From Nemertoderma westbladi (Eukaryota; Animalia; Xenacoelomorpha), in NCBI GenBank assembly GCA_032718475.1, contig JAUCBJ010008613.1, forward strand, positions 1 to 32,212: DNA of 32,212 bases, in the 5' to 3' direction. The notes below the pieces were generated by a model. The model saw only the letters and a list, made by a program, of their open reading frames with translations. It did no database searches and had not been told where the DNA came from. The position numbers were made by a program, and so were the translations under genes. Positions 11,737-22,493 of this stretch are shown here, piece after piece; within the stretch, counting starts at the first letter, position 1, and every line of letters begins with the position of its first letter.

Positions 11737-12022
11737 CGTTACAACAGTACAATGAGCGAATGATACGGTTCCGTTAATATTTAGAGTTGATGGTTGTTGA
11801 ATATAATATATTAAGATTATCGGTAGGTAATAATCTTTATGTAATTTTTAGCCTAATACTGTAATAGTCCTTACTACTAGAGTTTGTCTAGGGGCTAATG
11901 AATAAATAAATACAAAATACTAGCAATGTAAGCTGTAAACATTACCGGTAGTAGGCCCACGACTCAAGGAAATCATGAGGAAAATTAATATGCTAACTGG
12001 CTAATGCAATGGCTGAATGGGG

Positions 12023-12970
12023 TATAACTTTTCGCCGTATCCGTATGCATTTGCCGTATCCGTATGTACATACGCGTATGTGCGTATGTAATGGATTCCT
12101 ATGGAGAATAATCCATATGTGATTTTAGAGATTAGGCATTGCGGAGCAGTAAGAAGTGCACAGCACACATGCAGACTGAAGACAGGTAGGCCTACTTAAA
12201 GCTAAGTGATTTAAAGAGTGTGGCTGCCGCTACCTTATGTCAAATAAACAATGCAGGACAGGTCCAGGATGAGTGACAGCCGGTGTCCGCCAGCCCCGGG
12301 ATGCGCGCAGTGCAGTACCTATTAACCAGTTAACTCTTCTTGACGCCGCTTGGAAAACTAACCAACCGTGAATTATTTTTGTACTGTTTTTTCACCAACC
12401 TGGCTTAGAATGTTGTTGGTTGCTACAGTCTGACAGTATATGGCACTAACATAGTATAGACTGATAGAAGCAGCAATGAGAATGCTAAGGGAATAAACAT
12501 TCGCACAGATATTGAAAACCGTCATGCCAGTCTGACCTTCTTTGTGAATTTATTTACATATAATATACCTTTACTTTCGCTGTTTCGGGGCCACTATTTT
12601 GTTAACCATATGCAGCCAAGTGCCAACAAGTCCAACCTAGCAGCTAGCAGGTGTCAGTTAGTACAATAAAACAAGCGCTGTGGCGCATCCCGGGGCTGAA
12701 GGACATCATCTGTCACTCATCCTGGACCTACAATGTTTATTTGCCATTAGGTAGCGGCAGCCGCACTCTTTAAATCATATCGCTTTTAAGTAGGCCTACC
12801 TACAGACCTATCTTCAGTCTGCATGTGTGTTGTGCACTTCTTACTGGTCCGCAATGTATAATCTTTAAAATCACATACGGATTATTCTCCATAGGAATCC
12901 ATTACATATGCACATACGCGTATGTGCATACGGATACGGCAAATGCATACGGATACGGCGAAAAGTTATA
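12023..12970. mobile_element. Fold-back MITE with ~290-bp inverted arms, TA-flanked
   Basis: 12023-12313 is the reverse complement of ~12675-12970 (TATAACTTTTCGCCGTATCCGTATGC... / ...GCATACGGATACGGCGAAAAGTTATA). Confidence 0.92.
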
Positions 12971-13025
12971 CACAATGCAATGCGTGCTATTGAATATTTT
13001 TTTTAGTACTGTAGAAGTCAGCACC

Positions 13026-13425
13026 CCAAGGGAAAATCGACGTAAGTAAAATCGGAGTACTACCGGTAGAAAAAATAAAAATGTAACCTGTCGTCCTATT
13101 GACTTTTTATTGTTTTGGTTAGTAGAATATGCCTGTAACCTGCTCCTTAAATATTTTTGACAAATGACAAGAACTGGTACATACAGTATACAGGTAACGG
13201 TACACACACAATAATATGAAACGAGAGAATGTAACAAAAATATAATGTACTGGCATAGGATATCCAGATAAGGGGGGACGGGACTTTCGACGTTAAGATA
13301 ATTCATCCGTCTCCAGGGGAAAATCGACGCAAATAAACAGCTGATTACTCTCAAAAATTAAAAGTGTAACCTGTTCTATTGACTGTTTTGATTAGAATAA
13401 CACGTGCCCCTGTAACCTTCTCTTT
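13026..13425. repeat. Diverged ~120-bp direct repeat pair (about 13026-13148 and 13312-13425)
   Basis: Shared GGGAAAATCGACG...TGTAACCTG...CTATTGACT...CCTGTAACCT blocks. Confidence 0.6.
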
Positions 13426-13478
13426 CCCTTAGGGACTGGACTAATTTATAGTTCAATATTGAGTGAGACTAGATAATA

Positions 13479-13716
13479 ATTATAATATTTTGTTGGGCAC
13501 ATCTTTTGCAAAGTCGTCAATGGCGTCCAGGTGGGATCGAACTGGTGACCTCCGAGTTGTAAGTCTGACACTCTAACCATTCAGCTAGCGGCTCAGGTAA
13601 AAGATAGACCTGGAAATACTATCTGATACCTTGTATGTCCGCAATTTACCTCCTCATGGCCTCCCAACTGTCAATACCATCATATGCTGCCACTGTGCCC
13701 AACAAAATATTATAAT
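13479..13716. mobile_element. MITE-like element with perfect 23-bp TIRs enclosing a tRNA-like sequence
   Basis: ATTATAATATTTTGTTGGGCACA (13479-13501) / TGTGCCCAACAAAATATTATAAT (13694-13716); AATA on both flanks. Confidence 0.8.
13521..13594 (-). pseudogene. tRNA-derived sequence (pseudo-tRNA / SINE-head-like; TAC at the anticodon position)
   Basis: GAGCCGCTAGCTGAATGGTTAGAG...GGTCACCAGTTCGATCCCACCTGGACGCCA has an A box, B box and terminal CCA, but acceptor, anticodon and T stems pair poorly. Confidence 0.75.
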
Positions 13717-13989
13717 AATATGAAACCACTCATTCACCCATAACACCAATAATAAACTAATTAACTAAATAATAAATAATAAACTAAATAATAAACTAAT
13801 TTAAATGCCTTCATTGTTTGTTAATTTCGAAATCCAAAAAATATATAAATATTTAATATATAATAATTGTTCTACAATATGTAATTTGGTATTTTAAAAT
13901 TCCCCATAAACAAATCGCATAGTGAGTCACTCGTATAGTGAGTGAGACCTTAGTTTGCAGCCAAAGCATTACAATATAATAGTAATTAT

Positions 13990-14107
13990 AATTAAATAGC
14001 TGAAAACAACGCACCGTATGATTTTCCGTAAGGTGAGTTTCTGACACCGCGTAGATTTCTGAAGTTCCCAGTACCACCGCCTGTTGAATCAACGCGTCCA
14101 CGTCCAA
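13990..14107 (-). mobile_element. Decayed non-LTR retrotransposon APE-endonuclease fragment
   Basis: Translation EIYAVSETHLTE...FQLFNY resembles the dIi.vsETwL....i.gY motif of LINE endonucleases. Confidence 0.5.
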
Positions 14108-14453
14108 CCAAAGTAAAATCTAAAATTAGTAATGTATACTAATTAATTAATTACTGATAGATATGTGGTAGAGGTGGGGGCTGGGGGTTAGATGGGAGTG
14201 GAAATTGTAGCTATGAAACTTTTTTTATGTTCACCCTATACAAGTTAATGTCGCAAGGAAATAAACACAGCAATGAGCGATTGGAACACGAGTAACTTTA
14301 TACAGTCCTCCCACTGCTATTCAATATCCGTCAAGATTATATTTCATTTTGTTACCCATCTTAAATTAGTTTAAGGTTAACATTAACTACGCGTAGTTTC
14401 AAAACACCTACGCGTAGTCATAAAAGCAGTCATGACAGGAATGGAAGTTACAA

Positions 14454-14527
14454 ACTACTACTAGGATCGGCATGCTGCATTGCAGCTGCATTTTTAAGAA
14501 TGCTGTGCCGGCGTATCGACAAAATTG
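14454..14527 (-). mobile_element. 3' tail fragment of the same RTE-like LINE found at 20822-21743
   Basis: Reverse complement matches GCACAGCATTCTTAAAAAT.CAGCTGCAATGCAGCATGCCGATCC(TAG)n. Confidence 0.9.
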
Positions 14528-15134
14528 TTAAAAAGTTACAAACAATTCCACATAGATAGGTCGGAAAGATTTACCCTAAAGGCTGAAAGGGGTTATTTCA
14601 AATAATTTAATTGCCTCACTGACTCACACACACATTCATCATACCCTGCATTCTGTTAGGTACGGGAAGCTATCATGTGTGTCAGGTCATACTTAGCCTT
14701 GGTCAGAAGTAACCTTCCTGTCACACTCTGCACTCTGTCTTTTTATGGTTGCTTTTGTTGAAATGAGCAAGAATACCAGTTTACCGGCTGACCGGTACTC
14801 CCAGAATCATCCCGCAGCCACCAAATTATTTAATTTCTTTCAATTTTCGTTGCGCATTTACCGGTACTAACTTTTTAAACAATGATATGGCTCTGGGCTC
14901 TGTTATTTTGCATGTAATTATTCTGCAATACAGCAAAATATGCTATTTACAGATTTAGACTTACTATATCTTTTATGTTTTAGGCCTAATCTGTCATCAA
15001 TTAATATTAAATTGCATATGCAGGCAGATTGCAGACCCACTACAGTACAACAGGCCTCTCAGCATTATTAGCTATAGCTTCACGTTTATTACTGTATTAC
15101 CGTTACCGTATTTATTACACTACAATTGTTGAAG

Positions 15135-18100
15135 ATGGTTCGAAAGAAAGTCGACAGTCGTATTCGAGTAATGATCGAGAATGGCGTGACGGAGAAACAC
15201 CGTACATTGATAGTAATAGTAGGGAATAAATCGAGAGATCAAGTCGTTATTCTACATCATATGTTATCCAAAGCCGCGATCAAGGCCCGTCCAACCGTGC
15301 TGTGGTGCTACAAGAAAGAACTCGGATTCTCCAGCCACAGGAAGAAACGAATGAAACTCTTACAGAAGCGAATCAAAGACGGAACACTAAATCTACGCGA
15401 CGACGACCCGTTTGAGTTATTCGTTGCGGCGACTAACATCCGATATTGTTACTACAACGAAACGCATAAGATCCTAGGTAATACATATGGGATGTGCGTT
15501 CTACAGGATTTCGAAGGCCTAACTCCGAATCTACTCGCTAGAACAATAGAAACCGTAGAAGGCGGTGGAATTATAGCGGTTCTATTAAAGTCGGTATCCT
15601 CGTTGAAGCAACTGTTCACACTGAGTATGGACGTTCACTCGCGTTACAGAACTCAGTCTCACACTGATATTGTATGTCGATTCAACGAGCGTTTGATTCT
15701 GTCACTGACCTCGTGCTCGCGTTGCCTAGTCATCGATGACCAGCTCAACATCCTCCCTTTATCCTCCCACGCCCTCGAGGTTGTTCCAGTAACCCCCCAC
15801 GGCTCAGAGGATGCCATGACCCCGGATGAAGCCCAACTCAAGGAAATCCGAGAATCCCTCAGGGATACCCAACCCACAGGGTCACTCGTCAATATCTGCC
15901 GAACCCTAGACCAGGCCAAGGCTCTACTCCATCTTATAGAAGCCATCAGCGAGAAATCTTTACGTCACACTGTCGCCATGACAGCGGCACGAGGGCGTGG
16001 CAAGTCGGCCGCACTGGGACTGGCTATCGCAGCTGCTGTGTCCTTCGGCTACAGTAACATATTTGTGACGTCACCATCCCCAGAGAATCTAAAAACGCTA
16101 TTCGAGTTTATCACAAAAGGCTTTGATGCGATGAACTACGAGGAACATGTAGACTACGACTTGGTGGAGAGCTCGAACCCAGAATTCGGCAAGGCGCTGA
16201 TTCGAGTCAACATCTACCGGGAAACCCACAGACAGATCGTCCAGTACATCCCGCCCTCCGAGTCCGCAGTGCTGGGTCAGGCTGAGCTGTTAGTAGTCGA
16301 TGAGGCAGCGGCTATCCCACTAACTCTAGTACAAAACCTTGTAGGACCCTACCTGATGTTCTTATCCTCCACCATCAACGGGTACGAAGGAACTGGTCGT
16401 TCACTCAGCCTCAAACTGATAGCCCAGCTGCGGGAGCAGAGTGGGGTCAAAGACGCATCGGGACGAATACTAACCGAGGTCCAACTCAACCACTCAATCC
16501 GATACGCCAACAACGACCCTGTAGAATCATGGATGAACTCCCTCCTCTGTCTGGATGTGAGCAATGTGGCATGTCTGCGGTCGGGCTGCCCGCCCCCCAA
16601 CCTCTGTAACCTCTACTACATAAACCGGGACACCTTATTCTCCTACCATGACGCTTCAGAGGCCTTCCTTAAACGTATTGTCTCAATCTATGTCTCGGCC
16701 CATTACAAGAACTCACCAAACGACCTCCAGATGTTGAGCGATGCACCCGCCCACCATCTGTTCTGTCTCCTCGGCCCAATTAACCCCGAATCTGACAAGC
16801 TCCCAGAGGTCCTATGTCTCCTACAAGTCTGCTTCGAGGGTCGCATTCCTTCCCAGGTGGTGACGTCATCCTTCGCTCGTGGGCAACGTTCTTCCGGTGA
16901 CCTGATACCCTGGACCGTGTCACAGCAGTTCCAGGATGCAGACTTCCCCAGTCTTTCCGGGGCCCGAATTGTCCGAATAGCTACGCATCCGGACTACCAG
17001 AGTCTAGGTTACGGGAGTAAGGCTTTGCAGCTCTTAGACCAATACTACAGCGGGCTGGTTCCCTATTTACCTGAAGAAGACTCCAGTGTTGGTACGGTTA
17101 ATGATGCCGCTATAGCGACAGTGGATGACAGAGATATTGGGCTGCTAGACGAGCATATTGAACCCCGAAGTAATCTACCCCCTCTGCTTGTTAAACTAAC
17201 CGAACGTAGAGCTGAATTACTCAACTACCTAGGAGTTTCCTATGGTTTGACTTACAATCTACTCAGATTCTGGAGGAAGGCTGGGTTCACCCCTGTCTAC
17301 CTCAGACAGACCGCCAACGACCTCACAGGGGAACACACATGTATAATGTTGAAGGTGCTGGGAGACATGGGGGATGATACTGCCTGGTTAGAAGCTTACT
17401 GGAAAGATTTCAAACGACGTTTAGTGTCTTTATTTGCTTTCGATTTCAGCAAACTATCACCTTCATTCGCTTTAACTTTGATGAAAAGTAAACAATTTAA
17501 AGACTCGGACACTTCAACTGTTGACAGACTGGAATTAGAACGACATTTGACTCAATACGACCTGAAAAGAATTCGAGTTTACAGCAAAAATATGGTGGAT
17601 TACCATTTAATTCTGGACCTTATTCCTGTAATTTCTCGGCTCTATTTCAATAATCGAATCTCCCTCAATCTTTCCGTGACCCAACAAGCGATACTTCTGG
17701 CCATCGGACTACAACATAAATCCATCGACGCAGTCAGCAAGGAACTCCAACTCCCCGCCACACAAGTCTTAGGCTTCTTCAACAAGATTTTCCGTAAGAT
17801 TGATTCGGCATTTAACGAGGTCATGGAGAATGATATTAGTAAGAGTATAGCGCCGTCTCGGGTGGTGCGTATGGAACCAATGGATCAGAGTCTAGAGGAG
17901 GATCTAGCCGAAGGAGTGGAGGACGGGACAGAGGAGACATCAATGGAGGTGCTTAAAGGTGCTGATCTCAGTCAGTACGCAATAGGTGGTACAAAGCAGG
18001 ATTGGGGCGACTTGTTAAAGCCCGGAAGCAAACTAACCACAGTCTCCATAGCAACGAGGAAGGATGGGTCGGCGGCGGGGAATGTGGACGAGATATTGCA

Positions 18101-18179
18101 GTCGTTGTCGGATAAAGATAAAGGGCATAGACATAAGAAGGATAAACAGTTTGGTAAACGGAGCCATAAAAATAGATGA
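15135..18179 (+). CDS. NAT10: RNA cytidine acetyltransferase (NAT10/Kre33), 1014 aa, intron-free CDS
   Basis: MVRKKVDSRIR..IENGV start (ATG 15135), Walker A AARGRGKSAALG, DEAAAIP, SSTINGYEGTGRSLSLKL, HYKNSPNDLQ, GNAT RIATHPDYQSLGYGS; AATAAA near 18258. Confidence 0.98.
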   Translation: MVRKKVDSRIRVMIENGVTEKHRTLIVIVGNKSRDQVVILHHMLSKAAIKARPTVLWCYKKELGFSSHRKKRMKLLQKRIKDGTLNLRDDDPFELFVAATNIRYCYYNETHKILGNTYGMCVLQDFEGLTPNLLARTIETVEGGGIIAVLLKSVSSLKQLFTLSMDVHSRYRTQSHTDIVCRFNERLILSLTSCSRCLVIDDQLNILPLSSHALEVVPVTPHGSEDAMTPDEAQLKEIRESLRDTQPTGSLVNICRTLDQAKALLHLIEAISEKSLRHTVAMTAARGRGKSAALGLAIAAAVSFGYSNIFVTSPSPENLKTLFEFITKGFDAMNYEEHVDYDLVESSNPEFGKALIRVNIYRETHRQIVQYIPPSESAVLGQAELLVVDEAAAIPLTLVQNLVGPYLMFLSSTINGYEGTGRSLSLKLIAQLREQSGVKDASGRILTEVQLNHSIRYANNDPVESWMNSLLCLDVSNVACLRSGCPPPNLCNLYYINRDTLFSYHDASEAFLKRIVSIYVSAHYKNSPNDLQMLSDAPAHHLFCLLGPINPESDKLPEVLCLLQVCFEGRIPSQVVTSSFARGQRSSGDLIPWTVSQQFQDADFPSLSGARIVRIATHPDYQSLGYGSKALQLLDQYYSGLVPYLPEEDSSVGTVNDAAIATVDDRDIGLLDEHIEPRSNLPPLLVKLTERRAELLNYLGVSYGLTYNLLRFWRKAGFTPVYLRQTANDLTGEHTCIMLKVLGDMGDDTAWLEAYWKDFKRRLVSLFAFDFSKLSPSFALTLMKSKQFKDSDTSTVDRLELERHLTQYDLKRIRVYSKNMVDYHLILDLIPVISRLYFNNRISLNLSVTQQAILLAIGLQHKSIDAVSKELQLPATQVLGFFNKIFRKIDSAFNEVMENDISKSIAPSRVVRMEPMDQSLEEDLAEGVEDGTEETSMEVLKGADLSQYAIGGTKQDWGDLLKPGSKLTTVSIATRKDGSAAGNVDEILQSLSDKDKGHRHKKDKQFGKRSHKNR

Positions 18180-18651
18180 TGAAAAATATAATTCTTTTAT
18201 TCTATGGTCTCAGTAGAAGGACGGTAATTGTTTTTAAGATTGGTTGCAATTCTAAAAAATAAAAGATTCTTCAATTTTAAACACAATTTTGTTTCAATAT
18301 GTTGGTATTTTGGTTATTCTGATTATCATGGGTGGCAGAGTGGTTTGATTTAAATCATTTGATTTATATAATTGATTTAAATCACATATAAAAAAAATCA
18401 GATCAGCACCAAAAATAATATTTTTTTGAATTTTTTAAATCATGAATTTTATCAACCATGCTTTAAGGCCATTAGAAACATTGCATAATTTGTTATTAAT
18501 AAATGATTCAAATTACCTAAATATTTACATGAAAATACAGTATCATGTCGCATTTCCAATACCATACAATATACACAGGCCCATTAATTAAGTTGTCCTA
18601 TTCATTTTGTTGTTTATTTGGTTTATATTCGAATTTTAAGAAGGTGCATTG

Positions 18652-19133
18652 TAGTGTTTAAACGGGATCAGACTTTTTATGATTTTCGGGATCGAGACCG
18701 GGATTATCACTCTCGGGATCCCGTTTTTCGGAATGAGGATTGAAATTTTTGATTAAATTCCTTAAAGTTCATTTCATAGTATATAATATATACTATTGAA
18801 TAATATATAAAATTGAGTGAGTGTTACCGAAAACCCGCCACATATTATGTGGCGGGTTTTCGGTAACACTCACTCAATTTTACACTTCTGAAATATTAGC
18901 AAGATAAAGTTATATTAAAATTATCTTACAATTGATTACTGGATGGGTTGGGTTACTGAAATAAAAATCAAAACATTTCCGTTCTAATGGAACTTTTTTT
19001 TTAGATATTCAACAAATTTATTTTAACTATATATACTTCGGGATCCCGTTCCAAAAGAGTCGGAATCGGGATTGGATATTTCGCTGGGATCCTGGTTTTT
19101 TGGGATTGGGATCTGGATCCCGTTTGAACATTA
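18652..19133. mobile_element. hAT-like MITE with CGGGAT subterminal repeats
   Basis: TIRs TAGTGTTTAAACGGGATC / GATCCCGTTTGAACATTA; imperfect 8-bp TSD GTGCATTG / GTGCATGA. Confidence 0.8.
18808..18882. repeat. Perfect 75-bp palindrome (37-bp arms, 1-nt centre)
   Basis: TAAAATTGAGTGAGTGTTACCGAAAACCCGCCACATA-T-TATGTGGCGGGTTTTCGGTAACACTCACTCAATTTTA. Confidence 0.97.
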
Positions 19134-19614
19134 GTGCATGATGAAGCCAGAAGTCTTCACAATGTTTTCATATAAAATCTAAGTTAACTAAAAAAATCTG
19201 ATTTAAATGTAAAAAATCTGATTTAAATAAAAAAAATCTGATTTAAATAAAAAAAATCTGATTTAAATAAAAAAAATGGGGGTGGGGTGGGTTGGTAAAT
19301 CTCCACTACTCCACTATTTACTTAAGATTATAGTGCAAGTTTGTGACTTGGACCATGTCCTGTCCATGACCTCTATTTAACAGTTGTTGTTTTTGTAGGT
19401 CATGCTTGGACTATAGGGTACCTAGACAATATCGAGAATATCGCGAGTAAAATATCGAGAGAAAAAAATATAGCGCGTAAAAAACTAAGATATTGCGATT
19501 AAAATAAATTTTCATAGTAGCTAAGCTAGTGTTTTCCCTGGTAGCTTTGTTTCTATGGTACTACAGTAGATAGTGTTTTCGTTGGTAGTAATGTTTCATT
19601 CCAAAAATTCTAGC

Positions 19615-20282
19615 TATTTTTACACTCGATATTTTTACTCTCGATATTTTTACTCTCGATATTTTTACTCTCGATATTTTTACTCTCGATATTTTTACTC
19701 TCAATATTTTTACTCGCAGTATTTTTACTCTCAATATTTTTACTCTCAATATTTTTACTCTCAATATTTTTACTCGCAGTATTTTTACTCTCAATATTTT
19801 TACTTGTGATATTTTTACTCGTGATATTTTTACTCGCGATATTTTTACTCCGATATTTTTACTCTCGATATTTTTACTCTCAATATTTTTACTCGCAGTA
19901 TTTTTACTCTCAATATTTTTACTTGTGATATTTTTACTCGTGATATTTTTACTCTCGATATTTTTACTCTTGATATTTTTACTCTCGATATTTTTACTCT
20001 CAATATTTTTACTCTCAATATTTTTACTCGCAGTATTTTTACTCTCAATATTTTTACTTGTGATATTTTTACTCGTGATATTTTTACTCGCGATATTTTT
20101 ACTCAGATATTTTTACTCTCGATATTTTTACTCTCAATATTTTTACTCTCAATATTTTTACTCGCAGTATTTTTACTCTCAATATTTTTACTCTCAATAT
20201 TTTTACTCTCAATATTTTTACTCGCAGTATTTTTACTCTCAATATTTTTACTTGCGATATTTTTACACGCGATATTTTTACT
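19615..20282. repeat. 15-bp tandem array (ATATTTTTACTCKCR), probably expanded subterminal repeats of a DNA element starting near 19420
   Basis: Direct periodicity; reverse-complement units (CGCGAGTAAAATAT) at 19428-19485. Confidence 0.95.
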
Positions 20283-20289
20283 TTAGTCT

Positions 20290-21900
20290 GTACACAGCGT
20301 CCTTGTACCGCAACACTGCGTTGTCAACAAACTCGCTAAAGTCAGTCTGGAGATCGGTGTCTACCATACCAATGATCGATCTCTCGAAACGGAACAACGA
20401 ATATATTGTATCTATTGGGTCCCGAGTAACGTAGATGTATCTACACCCTTTCGGCGCCCATTCGTAAGTGTCGTGGTTTTTGTAACAGCGAAACTTGCAC
20501 TGTTCGTCACTCAATCCAGAGTTTAAACCGAAGCCTCATGAAGCGTCATTCATTGGTGCCAAAACCCTTATCTCATAGGAATATCGCTATTCAACTGTAT
20601 TACTACGTCGTTTTTCCAGTTTCACGCCACTACTGTGGAAAAGAGGTTGGTTGTAACTTAAATACCTCTGAGATAATAGTTTTGGCATCAATGGCTTCTC
20701 ATAGTAACCGGGTTGGTAATTGGCGACCCATCTGGGCTCCACGTACGGAATAACCGCATCTATTTCAGAGAATTCCTCGTCTCCCCCCGTTCTCACTGAT
20801 GCACAATATGCTGCACCCAAGCATGTTCTACGCATGTGCTTAGATCATTATAATGATGATGGGTGGTGGTAACTCCACCTACTGGCTCCAGAAGTCGAGG
20901 AAATCCTGCCAAGTACCTAACTGATCTAGACTTTGCTGATGACTTAGGAGTACTCAGAATCTCTAGAGGAAGCCCAACGACTCCTCAGCTCATTAGAACA
21001 TGCTGCTTCTAGCGTTGGTCTTTTTATTAACTCCAAAAAGACCAAAATTTTAACAGTTAACTTTGAAAGTCCTCAGTGAGTTTCTGACCAGATGAGCATA
21101 AGCTCAAAGGATGGTATGCTTGAGCATGTGGACCACTTCTGTTACCTGGGATCATGGATCCGGAAGTCAGGTGAAGGTCGAATACGTAAGGGAAAGGCAT
21201 GGGCAGCCTTGAATAGGCTTTCCTGGATTTGGAAGTCACAGAGAATGATTCGGAAACTTAAGGTCCGATTATTTAGAGCAGCATTAGTTCCAGTACTCCT
21301 TTATCGGAGTCCATGCTGGGCTCTAACTGCCGAGGACACCAAATCTCTGGATGGCACATTCACAAGAATGCTACTCCGGGTTCATTGTGTCAAGTACAAT
21401 GCACACATCTCCAACCAGACACTATATAACATTGGAGGTGTCTCATTGGTTCCCCCAAGCTTGACACTAAAACAAAGTCGCCTCCGCTTTGTAGGACATT
21501 GCTTTCGCCGTGAGGACCAGCCAGTGCATAATCTTGTGCTTTGGCAGCCTCATGGAGTGAATAAGCATGGTGGACAGCCCATGTCTTTCTTGAGACGCAT
21601 CTTAAAGGACATTGGCCTTGAAGATGCGGCTGATCTAGCAAATGTGATGGGTGATAGGGAGTTGTGGCGGCGCAATATTGACGACAAGCCAGCACAGCAT
21701 TCTTAAAAATTCAGCTGCAATGCAGCATGCCGATCCTAGTAGTCTTGTTTTCCCTGGAGTTACGATGAACACATCGGATTCTGGGTCTCCATACTTGGTT
21801 TCGGAGTGGTTGTGTGGGTAGCCAGCATCTTCCAAAGCGCTACAAATGACCGTTCAAAGGGTTCTACGGGGTCTAGTGTATCTATTATTGGGTTCTCCAT
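20290..21900 (-). pseudogene. Sulfotransferase pseudogene (copy B): 3'-truncated, frameshifted, LINE-interrupted
   Basis: Near-identical reverse complement of 27914-28608, with homology extending upstream to ~22027; 1-nt deletions; LINE inside the TPGKTGTTW motif; ends at the 15-bp array. Confidence 0.93.
20822..21743 (+). mobile_element. 5'-truncated RTE-clade-like LINE (RT C-terminal part), decayed, (TAG)n tail
   Basis: LTDLDFADDL near 20917-20946, GLFINSKKTKIL, VDHFCYLGSWI, KVRLFRA..VPVLLY...W, RLRFVGHCFR, DRELWR; frameshifts present. Confidence 0.92.
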
Positions 21901-22493
21901 CGCCAGTATTAAACAAATTATGGAACAATGTAAATCAGACAAATTAATACAAATATCTGAAAATCTGAGTCAGCAAAAGTTTGGTTAGGTGGGATTATAG
22001 TATCATAAATATACTTTTTTACGTTATTTATTTCATTCTCCAACATAGCTCATTTGTAAAAATAATAATTATAATATTTATTAAAATGTATATTATTTCT
22101 TTAAGTTTATATTTCTTAAAGTTTATATTTATTCAAGTTTATATTTATTACTTTATTAACATATTGTTTCCATAGTTACTACGATTGCACAAACTGCGAT
22201 TGCAGTTACTGTGGCGTAGGTGCATCCCCAACGACAGGGTGGGTGGTGCCAATGTATTTGTACATATTTACGCAGGAATACGCTAAATGTAATGGACTTT
22301 GGATATTACATGACAATTAGATATGATATTTATAACAGATAGTATGCCAGCTAAAATTATAATCACAGGCCAATTACATTTAGTCAATAACCCAGGTTTT
22401 ATTTATTATTTTAAATCTAATTTAATTTGTCCATAGCAGGTTCAAACACGTTCGTGGGTCCTTCGCGCAGCACGAGGCTCAGTTGTGAGATAG

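Larger units (their letters stand above)
18328..19278. mobile_element. Degenerate element with GATTTAAATCA subterminal repeats (incl. 20-bp tandem x4 at ~19190-19277), interrupted by a nested MITE
   Basis: GATTTAAATCA motifs at 18348-18400 and AAAAAATCTGATTTAAAT repeats at 19190-19277; boundaries approximate. Confidence 0.5.

Noticed and set aside
12825-13354. 74-aa and 150-aa ORFs
   Set aside because: Overlap a MITE arm and AT-rich repeats; no homology cues.
13521-13594. Functional tRNA-Val(TAC) gene
   Set aside because: Acceptor, anticodon and T stems do not pair properly; CCA is encoded; it lies within TIRs.
19561-20434. YFYSQ / VKILR / IFLLS repeat proteins
   Set aside because: Translation artefacts of a 15-bp tandem array.
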